DNA of 63,759 nucleotides, the filler included, from Reticulomyxa filosa (taxonomy: Eukaryota > Protista > Foraminifera), in NCBI GenBank assembly GCA_000512085.1. It is 24 parts of 24 records of this genome, joined end to end, with 100 filler letters (N's around TTAATTAATTAA, not from the genome) between each part and the next. Parts side by side here need not be neighbours in the genome. Positions count along the whole stretch, not along the records: positions 1 to 4,248 come from ASPP01014108.1; positions 4,349 to 6,466 come from ASPP01003654.1; positions 6,567 to 8,379 come from ASPP01028177.1; positions 8,480 to 10,076 come from ASPP01011909.1; positions 10,177 to 11,742 come from ASPP01022422.1; positions 11,843 to 12,979 come from ASPP01016243.1; 18 more parts are not named here. The stretch is one strand, 5' to 3'. This document shows positions 1 to 12,123 of the stretch, piece by piece. Numbering within the stretch: the first letter of the stretch is position 1; the number at the start of each line of letters is the position of its first letter. The notes beneath the pieces were generated by a model. That model did no database searches. It had not been told where the DNA came from and saw only the letters and a program-made list of their open reading frames with translations. The translations under genes were made by a program, and so were the position numbers.

Positions 1-153
1 CCTTGCGCAAATTTAAAGCTGCGGTTTTAGCACATCAAAGAAAGAAAGAATTTGACGTTAATTCTTTGTGTATTCACCGACTTATTTATTTCTTCTTCAG
101 ACAGCAATTGCACAAATGAATATTAGAGTGAGTGTATTTTTCTTTTTTAATAG

Positions 154-3100
154 AATTGGTGCCATAACAATGGCTTTGGAAATTTAGCCAAGCCTTAATG
201 GAGTTTGGTATAAAAAGTAGTCGTGATTTAGTATCAAAGAGCGAGCCCGATTTGGATGACTTGTGCAAAAAGTGTGCGATAAGGATGGGTTTTGCTCGTG
301 CGTTCCGCTCCGCTGTGCAAAACTTGCAAAGACAAGATGAGAAGATAGCGGAAGAGGCCATGAACGCCAGTGTTAAAAGCTTAGCGGAAAGTTGGGAAGA
401 AAAGAATAAAGCAATACAAATATCGCAAGAAGAATTAAAAAAAGAAGAAATGGAGTTAAATGTGCAGAATGCCTTGAAAACATTGCTATTTGGCTGTTCA
501 AAATGCAAGACATACAGCAAAAGCATTGTCGACTAAATTTGGAAGACATCTTGCATCATTTGCAGAGTGACGACACGGACGAATATCTAAACGACTTGAG
601 CTTCAATTTAGTAGACATGAAAAACCAAAGGTATGTACAAATAATAGCGGCAAAGGGCAATATTAATCGCTTTTTCATTTTTCCTGTTATTTTTTTTTGT
701 TTTTTGTGTATATGCGTTATTAAATAACGCTTGATTAAGACCTCTTGTGACATTTCTGACTCCACCGGAATGGGGGGGTATAGCCCAGAGGAATTTGAAA
801 TAGAATGCATTTTCCTTGATTTGTGTGGTTTCAAAGTAAGGGAAGTTGATGAAAAAAAAATGAAGAAAAAAAAAAACATTTGAAATTTGCGGAAGTTTGG
901 ATATAGAAGTGGTGTCATTAGTGCAAAAAAAGCTATACTTGATCGAACAAATATTAACAACGATAAGAGAAAGTAGAGCCAATACTGATGTGGATCACAT
1001 CAGTGGTATTTTTGGTAACACCTTCGAACACATGTTGCAAACCTTAGGGGTTGACTTACGTAGGTTCGAAAATGAACAAAATCGAGGCCAAATATATAAA
1101 CACGCAAGCGGGTTTTATGACGACCAGTTCATTGTATTTACATTGCAACAGCTCATATTCGAAGTTCAAGACAGTGTGGTAACCTCCAAACCTGTGCTGA
1201 ATTCCAATCACTTGGAAGCATTTGTCAATTTCATTGGAGGCAAGTCGACCGTATCTACCGAGAGTGCCTCTAAAATTAACATGAACGATTTGAGATATTT
1301 GAAAACTCACCCAGTTGGATTGTTTGGAACAAAGGAAGAAGTGATTTGGCAATTGCAGACATTGAATTGCATATCCAAACCTATGGAAGATATGTTAAGC
1401 AGTGAAAAAAATAAAGAGTATCTCTGCACGGGTGTGTATGCAATAATTAATTTGAAAGACTCATTTTTGAAGTTGAACAAGACTCCAAAAGAGTTGGCAT
1501 CAATGTCCAGGTCAAGCAGCGTGGATATTATATTGTTTTTTTGGCCCGATGCAGAATCATTCATAGATATTAAACGAAGTAACTCTGCTTCCCTTTTTTT
1601 TAGGGTATTGTTGGAAGTTTGCCCGACTGTGTGCATGAAGATTTCACAAAAAGAATTGGACCATTTTTATGTCAACAAACAAAAAGAGTGCCAAGAAGAA
1701 CAAAGCATGGGCGGTGGTATTCAAGCCACAATCAAAGAAGAACAAAAGAATGATGTATCTTATGATACCAAAAAAATGCAGTCGTTTCCAATTGAGAAGG
1801 AAAAAAATCAAGATGGCTTAGACACAATCGCAACCTCAAAAAGTGCATTTGCGATCGAAGGGGCACTATCTACAATCATGTGTCATTGTTCTGTTCTAGA
1901 AAAAGAAATTGAGCTAAGGCAAGTTTCGTTCACTTATTCAAATAATGAAGAATTAACCAATTACATTAAAAAAATTGCACAAACGCACCGGTTAATATTT
2001 TGGAATGAGACATCTAATACGTGGGAGAAAGCATCCATTTTCGCAAAAGCTATTTGTCCTGAGTTGATAGAGGTCCCAAATTATTTTTTTGTGACATAGT
2101 TTGTCTTTTTCCTTTTAATTTTTTTTTGTTGTTGATTGGCCAGGAATTTGACCAAAAATTACATTCGATCAACGAACACTATAAAGCGCAAATTAGTACA
2201 GTGCATTCAACCGCACAAAATCTATATAATTCCCAAATATCAAGTCTTGAAATTGACTATGGCAAGTTTTTTGCCCATCAATGCAAGGGTACAAGTCTCG
2301 CAAAGATGAAAGTAGTAGCAAGAAAATTGTCAAAGGAAAGGGTTAATATATTTTTTCATAACAACTCCAGTACTCTCACTTGGAAAGAGGATTTTGAAAT
2401 TGGTTACGAAGCATTGACAAAATGGATTCCGGACACTGCATTTTATCATTCCTTTTGGCCAGTTATCATAAAGATTTGGACAAAGAGGTCTGCGACTTGT
2501 ACAAACAATACGAAAGATGCATTAACAAAGGGGACAATATAAGTCAAAAAAGAAAGGAAGAAGAGCAAAGAGAAGAAGAAAAAGAAAATCAAACACTAAA
2601 TGAGAAAAAGAGTGTCCAACAACAGTCTGATGACAATAAACCAGCACCCAAGGATTCACAAGTGTCATCTGGGCGGTTCTTAAAAAAGATATCCCTACGG
2701 CTAAAATCTGAAATGCAGCTGACAGAAGGTGGAAACAAAATTGCTGAACATTACACATCTATTCAAATACAATCCATTGCACTCTTTGGCCGAGTCTATG
2801 AACATTTTAAATATCAATCCTCTTTTTTTAAAGCACTTAAAAATATTTCGGACCAAGAAAAAGAATTGAAGGAAAAGTACAATGACAACCGATTAAAAGA
2901 AGAGTCAGAACTGAACAAAATATTTTTTAAAAATTTGGAAGATAAACTGAAAAATGATTGCCCTTTGACTTGTGGAATTGAAAAATTGCAAGATAACAAG
3001 ATCGATTTAAACATGGGCACAAGATTGAAGCCCATTCGGCGCTTGACTTTTACATTTGGCAATTTTACAAAACCGAATCCAGACTATTTGGAGTTGAAAC

Positions 3101-4248
3101 AAGTAGCCCAAAAAAATATTGAATTTGACATTCACAGCAACGAAGAGTTAGTATTTGTATACGGGTTATCTAACAATGAAATATTACTGGTGCTTTCCAT
3201 TGACAAGAATGTGCCCGACTGCTTGCCAGCGGACGAAGAAATCAACAAAGAGGGTAAAAAATATGGTGTTGGCAACGAACATGCAAAAAAACAAGATGTA
3301 TGGAATGAACAATACAATCAAAATTGTGTAACCAAAATTTTCTTATCCTCAAGACACGCACTAAATAGAACCAAACGGCCGATCGAAGAATTGGGAGGTA
3401 GAATGACGTTGGTTGCTTTGAGCGAGCAGAGACATTACATGGCGTTGTATGAACGTGCAAGACAACTCATTCTCGTATACAGTTGGAAAGAGCGAATCGT
3501 AGACTCCTTACAGCCATTGAAAAATAAAACCATTGATTTGCGCGAACGAGTATTGCCCGATGGCTTTTATGTTACGAGCATGTGTTTCGATAACAAAAAC
3601 GACAATCTATATATTCTCGATAGTACAAATACAATCCGTTGCATTGAGCTGGATAGCGGTCTGCTCGATCATGAACGAGAAATTATTTGCAAAGAACAGT
3701 ATGCCAAATTAATGACAACATTCGAAGGAGGATATATCGTTGGAATTAAACCTCATGAAAAAAAAGAAGAAGTGCACAACAAAGACAAGGTCAATAAAGA
3801 AGATGCCCAAACGCCAGGCGAACATGACGAGCCTGGAAGTGCAACAACAGACACCAAAGAAGAAGAGACCCAAGCTGTTACATTCGAATCTGCTACTTCC
3901 ATAAATACTTCAAATACCGCAATTATCACTTCAACGAAATGCGAACCGAACAGTTTGGTGCAATGCGATTTTTATATTCTCGATAACTCCAAAGAACTTG
4001 TGCGCAGTTTGGTGTTGCCAAAAGAGTTTACGTCGGGGGGCATACACGGCATTCAATTCAAGTTAATCCTCCAAACACAAGCCTATGTCGTCTCTTTGGA
4101 CGATGCTCGCTGTGCTCTCCTTTGTCTGCCATTGCAAATATCTTTGAAGAAATCGCAATTACATCTTGAATTAACATCCATGTACGGAGATGTGACAATT
4201 CCCAGTGACGATGAGAAAGTTGGAACAAGGATACCAAGCAAATTGGAT
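154..4248 (+). CDS. Very large multi-exon hypothetical protein (partial): SAM-like N-terminal region, conserved PVGLFGTKEEV/TGVY/FFWPD block, coiled coil, probable beta-propeller
   Basis: ORFs 198-536, 503-630, 897-2099, 2126-2542 and 2422-4248 can be chained using a GT-AG intron starting at 631, a short intron near 2070-2142 and several 1-nt frameshifts, mostly at homopolymers (e.g. G7 at 772, A11 at 866). The reading frame is open to the contig end. Confidence 0.75.
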
Positions 4249-4348
4249 NNNNNNNNNNNNNNNNNNNNNNNNNNNNNNNNNNNNNNNNNNNNTTAATTAA
4301 TTAANNNNNNNNNNNNNNNNNNNNNNNNNNNNNNNNNNNNNNNNNNNN
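4249..4348. other. Artificial contig spacer (44N-TTAATTAATTAA-44N); first of 23 identical copies
   Basis: Identical 100-nt unit also starts at 6467, 8380, 10077, 11743, 12980, 14624, 17083, 24596, 25696, 27576, 29073, 30750, 32431, 34862, 36163, 39434, 41352, 50518, 52480, 55341, 57834 and 60944. The core gives stops in all six frames, and composition and gene content change abruptly across it. Confidence 0.99.
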
Positions 4349-5040
4349 TTTGTAATGGTGAAATATCAACGCACCAAACAGTATTTTCATGTCCATTGAA
4401 AACATGTAATGATTTTGATGTTTCAACATCCCATAAACGAATTGTCTTGTCATATGATCCAGAACACAAATATCTACCACCATTAAATGGTGAAAATTCA
4501 ATACCACAAATACCATCAGTGTGTTCATTAAATATTTGTAATTGTTGATTATGTTTGAAATCCCAAAAACGAATGGTTTTGTCATATGATGAAGAACAAA
4601 TGACATTTTGATGATGATTATGATAATGATATAATGAAAATTTCACACAATACACAAAGGATAAATGTCCATTGAATAATTGAATTTGTTTGTTGTTATC
4701 AACATCCCATACACGAACTGTGCTATCACCTGATCCAGAACAAATGAATTGACAATCATCAAATATTGAATAATCAATACTATTCACCCCATCAGTATGT
4801 CCAGTAAATGTATTGATTAATTTGGATGATGAGCGAAATGTCTCAAACATAAAGACAGTAGATGCCTATGTTAAATAAACATTTGAATATTTTGGTTAGC
4901 ATTTAAGAAAAGAACAAATGAACTAACATAATTGACAACGATTTTATCAAAATCTTTGATCCATCCTAATTGAATATTTAATGTCCGAATCCAATGATGA
5001 ATAATGATTTGGGTTTCTTCTTTTTCTTCTTCTTTTGACT
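4349..5040 (-). CDS. WD40-repeat protein (3'-truncated)
   Basis: GH...WD repeats (FTGHTDGVNSIDYS...SGSGDSTVRVWD; SGSYDKTIRLWD). An upstream exon QIIIHHWIRTLNIQLGWIKDFDKIVVNY joins in frame through a GT-AG intron at 4866-4927. Confidence 0.93.
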
Positions 5041-5514
5041 GTTTCAATTACATGTAATAACGACAAATAAAAAAAAAATAAAAACGTAAAGACAACCTAG
5101 CTTAACTTTGATTGATAAGTTTAAGTTCATTCTTGAGCTTTTTTTAGTTTTTTCTTGATATGTTTTTTGATGATGCAAGACGAAAAAAATGGTTGAACTT
5201 TTATTTAAAAAAGGAAAATAAACATTTTGAAATGAAAGATAAATGTTACATTTTGTAAAATATCTTTGCAACAATTTTACAATGCAAAAATTTTGAAATT
5301 AAAAAATAGAAGGTTACTTATTGTTGAATTTTGTATTACATCTGTGTAAGCAGAAATGCTTTTTAAAATAAATTGTAAGACATTTGAATAAGTGTTCATA
5401 TTTATAATTATTCCTTTAATGTTAATAATTTAAATTCAATTTTCATATTTCATTAAAAATAGCGTTGAATCTTATACATCTGTCTTCCTTACAACAAAAG
5501 TATCAAATGAATCA

Positions 5515-5680
5515 TTTGAATCTGTAATTTGATGTTCTTGTGTAGCTGACCAAATGATCAAAAAATCCATAGTCATTATGTCCATATAATCACATATTTT
5601 TGTTTATATTTATTCCTTTTGTTATTGTAATATTTTCACCACGAAGATAAATATTTTTGAAAAATCTTTCAAAGAATCCT
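5515..5680 (-). pseudogene. Decayed caspase-like (C14) domain remnant
   Basis: Manual translation across frameshifts: DSLKDFSKIFI/LRGENI...*LYGHNDYGF/LIIWSATQEHQITD. This resembles the caspase PKIFIIDACRG...DFL..xST region, with the catalytic Cys segment deleted. Confidence 0.5.
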
Positions 5681-6566
5681 AAAGGAAATACTTATGAATA
5701 ATTAATTTGAATATCTGTTATTTTTATTTTTTCAAAACAATAATTTAAACGTGAAAGAGAAGCAGTTGCAAGGATCACTCCAATAATTGAAAATAGTTTA
5801 CACTTGCGTTTTATATCAATTATAATCAAATAATAAATAATCTTTAAAAAAATTAATGACTCTAAATTCAATGATTCAGTCTGGAAATGATTCGTAAACT
5901 ATTGATAGAGATTGTTTGGAATGAGTTTTTAAAAATAATAATTCATATTCAATTATGTGTTCTTGTACATTCAAATTATCCATTTCCGATAATTTTGAGT
6001 AAGCTAGAACTTAAAACAAAAAAATTCTTGTTGATTCCAAGAAAAGTTTTTTTTGCAAATTTTTTTTAAGGAGAAACGAAACCTTGTTTGCTAGTAAAGA
6101 AGCAAAAATAATAAGAAATTAGAAATTATTTCAATCCTTCATTTTCTTTCATTAACTATACGCATATTCTCTTTGTATAGTTTTAGAGATTTGTTAATTG
6201 TTTGCAATGACAAAAAAAACTCTTTCCTATTTTAAAAAAATACATTGATGTGTATGTATAAATAATGGATGTTAATATTCTACAAAATAAAACACTTATT
6301 TCTCATACCAAGTTTATATTTATTAAAATAAAAGAATTTTTTATTGACCCTTCGTGAGCTTAAAAAAAAAGTTGAAAAGAATCTTTTTCATCATCTTTGC
6401 ATCATCAAAGATCATCTCAAGAACTTTAGCTTAGTAATGAAAGTTTCGTTTAAGTTCTTTTTTTAGNNNNNNNNNNNNNNNNNNNNNNNNNNNNNNNNNN
6501 NNNNNNNNNNTTAATTAATTAANNNNNNNNNNNNNNNNNNNNNNNNNNNNNNNNNNNNNNNNNNNN

Positions 6567-7004
6567 TGTTGTGTTGTTTCCGAATCATATGCTTTGTAAA
6601 CGGCACCAAAAGCACCCTTTCCAATACGAGCGTTCATACGCTACAAACAAACACACTTTTTGTTAGTATACAAGTATAATCATGCTAATGAGCTCAATTG
6701 TTACTAATTTAATATTTATTTTTATTTTATTTATTTATACTTCTTTTTTTTTTAATTATTAATTTTCTTCAGAAAAAAACTCTATTAAAAAAAAGGTAGA
6801 ACATAGGAGAAAATTTACGTCTTTTCCATCCGCAATTTGAGTTGGGATTTTTGGTTGGAGGATTTGTTTAGGAGCTTTTTTCGTTTGACGCGACTTGCCG
6901 GAACCTGACTTGCTTGCTTCTTTGCTGCCGCTTTTTGGAGTAAATTTTGACTGGAGACCTGTTTCGGTCTCTTGATTGTTGGAAAATTCTCCCTCTTCAG
7001 GCAT
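6567..7004 (-). CDS. Ser/Thr protein kinase, N-terminal fragment (possibly CK1-like)
   Basis: Exon 1 (7004-6819, MPEEGEF...QIADGKD), GT-AG intron 6641-6818, exon 2 (6640-6567) RMNARIGKGAFGAVYKAYDSETTQ, which is the kinase Gly-rich loop. Exon 2 is missed by the ORF track. Confidence 0.85.
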
Positions 7005-8479
7005 AGTCTACTTAATTATTTTTTGCAGATTGGGATGTTACCTTTTTGTCCTCCGCCAAAACAGTTTTTAAAAATTTCAAACATAACACTTTTTGTGGCT
7101 GCACTTATTGCGATCAATGGAAATATTCAAATTAACATAAACATCAATCAAATTTTAATTCAAACAGACTTACATTTTATTGGATCATCTATTTTTTTTT
7201 TTACTTTGGCAATTATTAAGATAGTAGTTCCGCCAAATGAAGCTTCATTTTTCCAACTTAATAATGATACATATTTTACAAGTTGTATTAGTTATAATCA
7301 TGTGACACATTTCTTATCATCATATACCGCCAATCAACAAGAAGCGCTCACTTCTTCACAAGCAGCATGTAATTGAGACACTACAGGTCAGATAAAACAA
7401 TATCGTGGTGGTACAGGCTCAAACATGGACAAACAATGGAAATGGTATATGATGGTTCATTAATTAATGTATCCCTTCTGCATTTCGCATGCTACATAAT
7501 ACCTTTCATTCAAACGTATTTGAATGTCCCATTGAGTTATCAGCACTGACAATAATGTTGCTATAATATTTGTTATTTATTATTTATTATCTATCACTGC
7601 ACATTGTATGATGATATAAACTCGTGATATCAAAACGTAACTGGACAATTATTCTGTGAGTGGCTACTATTTAATGCTTTGGCTTCAGTTTTGGCTTTAA
7701 TGGAGCCTATCTTTGTGGAGGACGTGTGCAATAGACTAAAGAAGATCATTGATATTCAATCAATTGCACAGAAGATTAACCATTTGTTTTCCAGCGCGCT
7801 GATCAAAATATTCAATCAACATTTCTCATGAAAAAGCGGATGTGCTTCGCTTATCACATAACAAAGATGTTGCATTGATGATATTGATATTGTTGCTATT
7901 CACTTTCTCTTCCAAAGCTGGCATACATTGCACCAAACACCAAAACACTTTTCACCAATGTTCGGAATCATTGATAAAATCATGTGATCACACAAATATA
8001 CACTTGATTACTTTGACCGGAATTTTTATCATACCATTAAACTGTTGACAACACACAATACATATGATTACATACATACGTATACATAAACATTTACTTA
8101 TATCACAAAAATATTTAATCATGAAAAGAATTACAAAAACAAACTAAGTCAAGTTGGATCGATCTTTCGAAGATTGTTATCATCCAATGATGACGACGAT
8201 GATGTTGATAAGATAAATTTGAATGATAAATGGAATTTGTGAGAGAATTTAGTAATTTGTTTGATGACGAAGATGTGAGCATGGAAAATGCTTGGATTTG
8301 ATCGGAGATTTGCTTTCAATCAATATCGCTGGATATATCCACTTCATTTGTGTTGACATCATCTGATGCTTCATTTTCTNNNNNNNNNNNNNNNNNNNNN
8401 NNNNNNNNNNNNNNNNNNNNNNNTTAATTAATTAANNNNNNNNNNNNNNNNNNNNNNNNNNNNNNNNNNNNNNNNNNNN

Positions 8480-9131
8480 TGCTATTGCTATTGCTATTGC
8501 TATTGCTATTGTCTTCATGGTATGTCCTCTGTTGCTGCTGTTGTGGTTGTGGTGATTGTTGATCCTTTTTGTTCAACAGGTCTTGCTCACCCCTCTCCCT
8601 CTCCGCTGCTAGTTTCGTCTGTGGGTGAGAGATCAATTGTGCAGTGTGTTGTCGTTGATGGGGGTGCCCATGAGAAGGATTACTTTGTGTATATGTGTGT
8701 GTATGTGCATGTTTTATTATTATTATTTAAGTCAGAGATATTGCTGTTTTTTGTATTATTCACTTTTCCAAATAAAGTTCACAAATCAATGTTCATAAAG
8801 GCATGTTGCAAAAAGGGGGCAAAAAAAAAAACAACATGCGTTTGACAGGCCTCCCCTCCCCCCCCTCCCACCTCTTCTTTTCTTCTCTCTCTATCTCCCG
8901 CCGTTTTCTAGAAAACAAAAGTGCGTTTGCATTTGCCGAAAGGATACCAAAAAAAAAAACACAATGAGAAATTTAAAATTGCTCACTTACACACCTTCCA
9001 AATCCATCCAAATTATTGGATATTACAGTTTGGATACCACCATTATTGTCGAGTTGCGTGTGTTCTCGAGGATCATATGGCGATCCTTTTACGTCTTTAT
9101 TCTCCATTATGCTTGTTGTCACGTAGTTCAT
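8480..9131 (-). CDS. Low-complexity hypothetical protein, 5' part (Gln- and Asn/Ser-rich)
   Basis: Exon MNYVTTS...LDGFG, an intron, then NPSHGHPHQRQH...QQQQQ...NSNSNS running into a (GCTATT)n repeat at the contig edge. Confidence 0.5.
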
Positions 9132-9728
9132 TTTTGCCAATACAAAGGTAACCACACATACACAAACCACTATTTGAACATTTGGTTGGTTTGCTTTTTT
9201 TTTCTCACTTCTGTCACAATGTTTTCAGATAGGTCCTTGACCTGAAATAACAAAAAGAAAGGGAAATTGATATTATACCCTCACCTATCACTTTTAAACA
9301 GCCCTAGTGCTCTCAACGTCAATGAAATAGCCTTACAAATTTAAAATGTTCTGAATGGGTACCAATGGCACCTCATAAATCAATCATAAAGGATAAAGTT
9401 AAAAAAAGGGCGAACCTGCCTTTGGTTCTGCTTTTCAGCAACGTGACACATCAACAATTTTGGGTACGAATATATTTTGAAAAAAGATTTTTTTTTTCCT
9501 AAGAAAAAAAGAACATTCAAATTCAGTTTTCCAGTTAATATGTTATAAAATGTAGAGCATGTCTGAACAACCAAAAAAAAAGAATACTCCATTTTAGCGT
9601 TATCGCCACAATTTTTCAATAACCAGCAAACAATACACGATTTTTCACCAAAAAAAAAAATTTGTTTTTTTTGTGGTTTGGGGAAGACTCTGAATAAAAA
9701 AACGAATACTCTTTGGTACACCAGAATA

Positions 9729-10041
9729 TCAAACTTTAAGTTTGCTTTCTTCCAAGTCTTTGGTGGCATAATAACCTGCAGCCTCATATAGTTGGAGCAC
9801 GTTGGAAAGAGACTTCATCAAAAATAGCATCGTCAAGACATAGAAAATGAACGTATTAAAAAGTAAGTTATGGAGCCATCTCCATTGAGCATTTTCATAC
9901 AAAAAAGGTTTGAGATACCACATGCCCAAAAAGAGTTCTTGTCCAACACACAGCAATAGCATAAAGTAAGGATATGAGTAATATAATCGTAAATACCAAT
10001 TTACGGCCGTTTTGTGGCTTTTGTTTCCGGCTTGATGTTTG
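9729..10041 (-). CDS. PIS1: Phosphatidylinositol synthase (CDP-diacylglycerol--inositol 3-phosphatidyltransferase), last exon
   Basis: Translation GNKSHKTAVNWYLRLYYSYPYFMLLLCVGQELFLGMWYL...MKSLSNVLQLYEAA matches the PIS/CDIPT C-terminal pattern SHK...NxxLRxYY...CAGNELF...KxxxxVxxLxxAA. AG acceptor at 10042-10043. Confidence 0.8.
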
Positions 10042-10176
10042 CTTTTTTTTTTTTTTTTATTTTTGTTTTTTTTTTTNNNNNNNNNNNNNNNNNNNNNNNN
10101 NNNNNNNNNNNNNNNNNNNNTTAATTAATTAANNNNNNNNNNNNNNNNNNNNNNNNNNNNNNNNNNNNNNNNNNNN

Positions 10177-11742
10177 TATGAATCAAAGTAATTCCATCTC
10201 TGCTTAATTGGCAAAGCATTGAAAACCCCTTCCAGCTGTTTATCAGTCAAATTCGTTGAAATTACTCCAAGTGATTCTGCACATGATTCATGAACATCTT
10301 CATCTTTATCTTTCAACCCATCGATCAAAGTATGAATTGCATTTTCCAGTTGTTTCTCATCCAATTTCTTTGAAGCCGCTTCAAGTGATTTTGTACATGA
10401 TTTACGAACATCTTTATCTTTATCTTTCAATCCATTGATCAAAGTATTAATTACATTTTCCAGCTGTCTCTCACTCAATTTCTCTGAAATTACTCCAAGT
10501 GATTCTGCACATGATTTACAAACATTTTCATTTATATCTTTTAATCCACTCGCCAAAACGTTGACAACTGTTTCCAGTTGTTTCTCATTTAATTTCTCTG
10601 AAATTACTCCAAGTGATTCTGCACATGATACACGACCCCATTCATTTTTATCTGTTAACCCATGAATGAAAGCACTAAAAACTCTATCAAATTGTCTATC
10701 ATTCACTTTTGTTAAAATTGTTTCAAGTGATTTTTCACATAATGCACGAATACATTTATGTTCATCTTTTAATCCATTCAAATATTCGAAAACATCATCC
10801 AACTGCTTTTTGTTTAATTTCATTGAAAGATATCCAATAGATTGTGAATAAAATTCACTGTTACCTTTGAGTCCATTGATCAAACATGTGAAAACAGAAT
10901 CGATTTGTGTTTCATTCAATTTCATTGGAATTCCTTCAAGTAAATCTCTAAATATATAATTATCATATCCATTTTTATTTTAAAATCCATCAATCAAACA
11001 TTGAGTAGTAATATCCAATTGTTTATTCCATTTCTTTGAAAATGTTACAAGCGATTTTACACATAATTTCCGAACACTCGAACACTATCTTTTAATCCAT
11101 TTATCAAACATTTAAAGGCATCATCAAAATGCCTTCCACTTAAATTCACTGCAATTGTCCCAATTAATTCTGCATATCCTCCACGCACTTCTGCATTATT
11201 ATTTTTATCAGTGAATATGTCCATTGAAAAGTTAAAAGCTTCATTCAATTGTTGCTCATTACATTTATTTGAAATTATTTTAAGTATTTGAGTGCACTTG
11301 ATACAAATATTGTGACGTTTATATCTGTCATTTAGCTTATTCATAAAATAATTCAATGCAATGTTTATTTGTTTTTCATCCAATCTCTGTGAAATTTCTT
11401 CAAGTAGATTAGCGTATTTATCATTAAATACACTAATTAAATAATTAAAAACATTAACGAATTGTTTTCCAGAAAATTTCATAGTAATTGTCTCAAGTGC
11501 TTCTTTATATGTCCAATAATAGCCTTTATTGAGCGTGATGCTTAAAGAATTGAAAGCAGTATTCAATTGTTGTTTATTCCATTTCATTGAGAGTTTTCCA
11601 AGTAATTGTGCGCAGTTTTTACGATTATATTCCTCTTCCTTTTCATCAAATAATCCATTAATCAAACATTGAAAGACATTATCTAATTGTTCTTCTTCCA
11701 ATTTCATTATAAATTGAGTCGCATCTGTTTCATCATTCCAAT
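10177..11742 (-). CDS. HEAT/ARM-repeat protein fragment, frameshifted (possible pseudogene)
   Basis: 38-aa (114-nt) tandem repeats KLxEKQLExxxxxLIxGLKDKDxxVxxSCAESLGVISE. The nucleotide repeat attactccaagtgattctgcacatgat occurs at 10261, 10489 and 10603. The frame breaks around 10930-11080. Confidence 0.85.
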
Positions 11743-11842
11743 NNNNNNNNNNNNNNNNNNNNNNNNNNNNNNNNNNNNNNNNNNNNTTAATTAATTAANN
11801 NNNNNNNNNNNNNNNNNNNNNNNNNNNNNNNNNNNNNNNNNN

Positions 11843-12117
11843 TGCTGCGGGTCGCTTACCGCGTCGCGCGCCAGCATTTCCAGCTCCCGCGCGGCCTGAG
11901 ACAAACGCATCGCCCCCAGTACCGCGGCGGCACTTTTCAGCGAATGCGCGGCCCGCCGGGCCTCGGCATAGCGGGCTGCGGCCAACTGTTGATGGTATTC
12001 GGCTATCAATGAGGGCGCCTCGTCCCAGAAAGCCTGCAATGCCTCCTGGTACAAAGCCTCCATGCCCGCCATATTGGCCAGCGCGGTCGGGTAATCCAGA
12101 TCGGGCAAGCTCATCAT
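11843..12117 (-). CDS. Bacterial Hpt (histidine phosphotransfer) domain protein (3'-truncated)
   Basis: RAAHSLKSAAAVLGAMRLS is the Hpt consensus H-x-LKG/S. It starts 6 nt after the MCP stop, an operon-like arrangement. Confidence 0.9.
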
Positions 12118-12123
12118 GGCACC

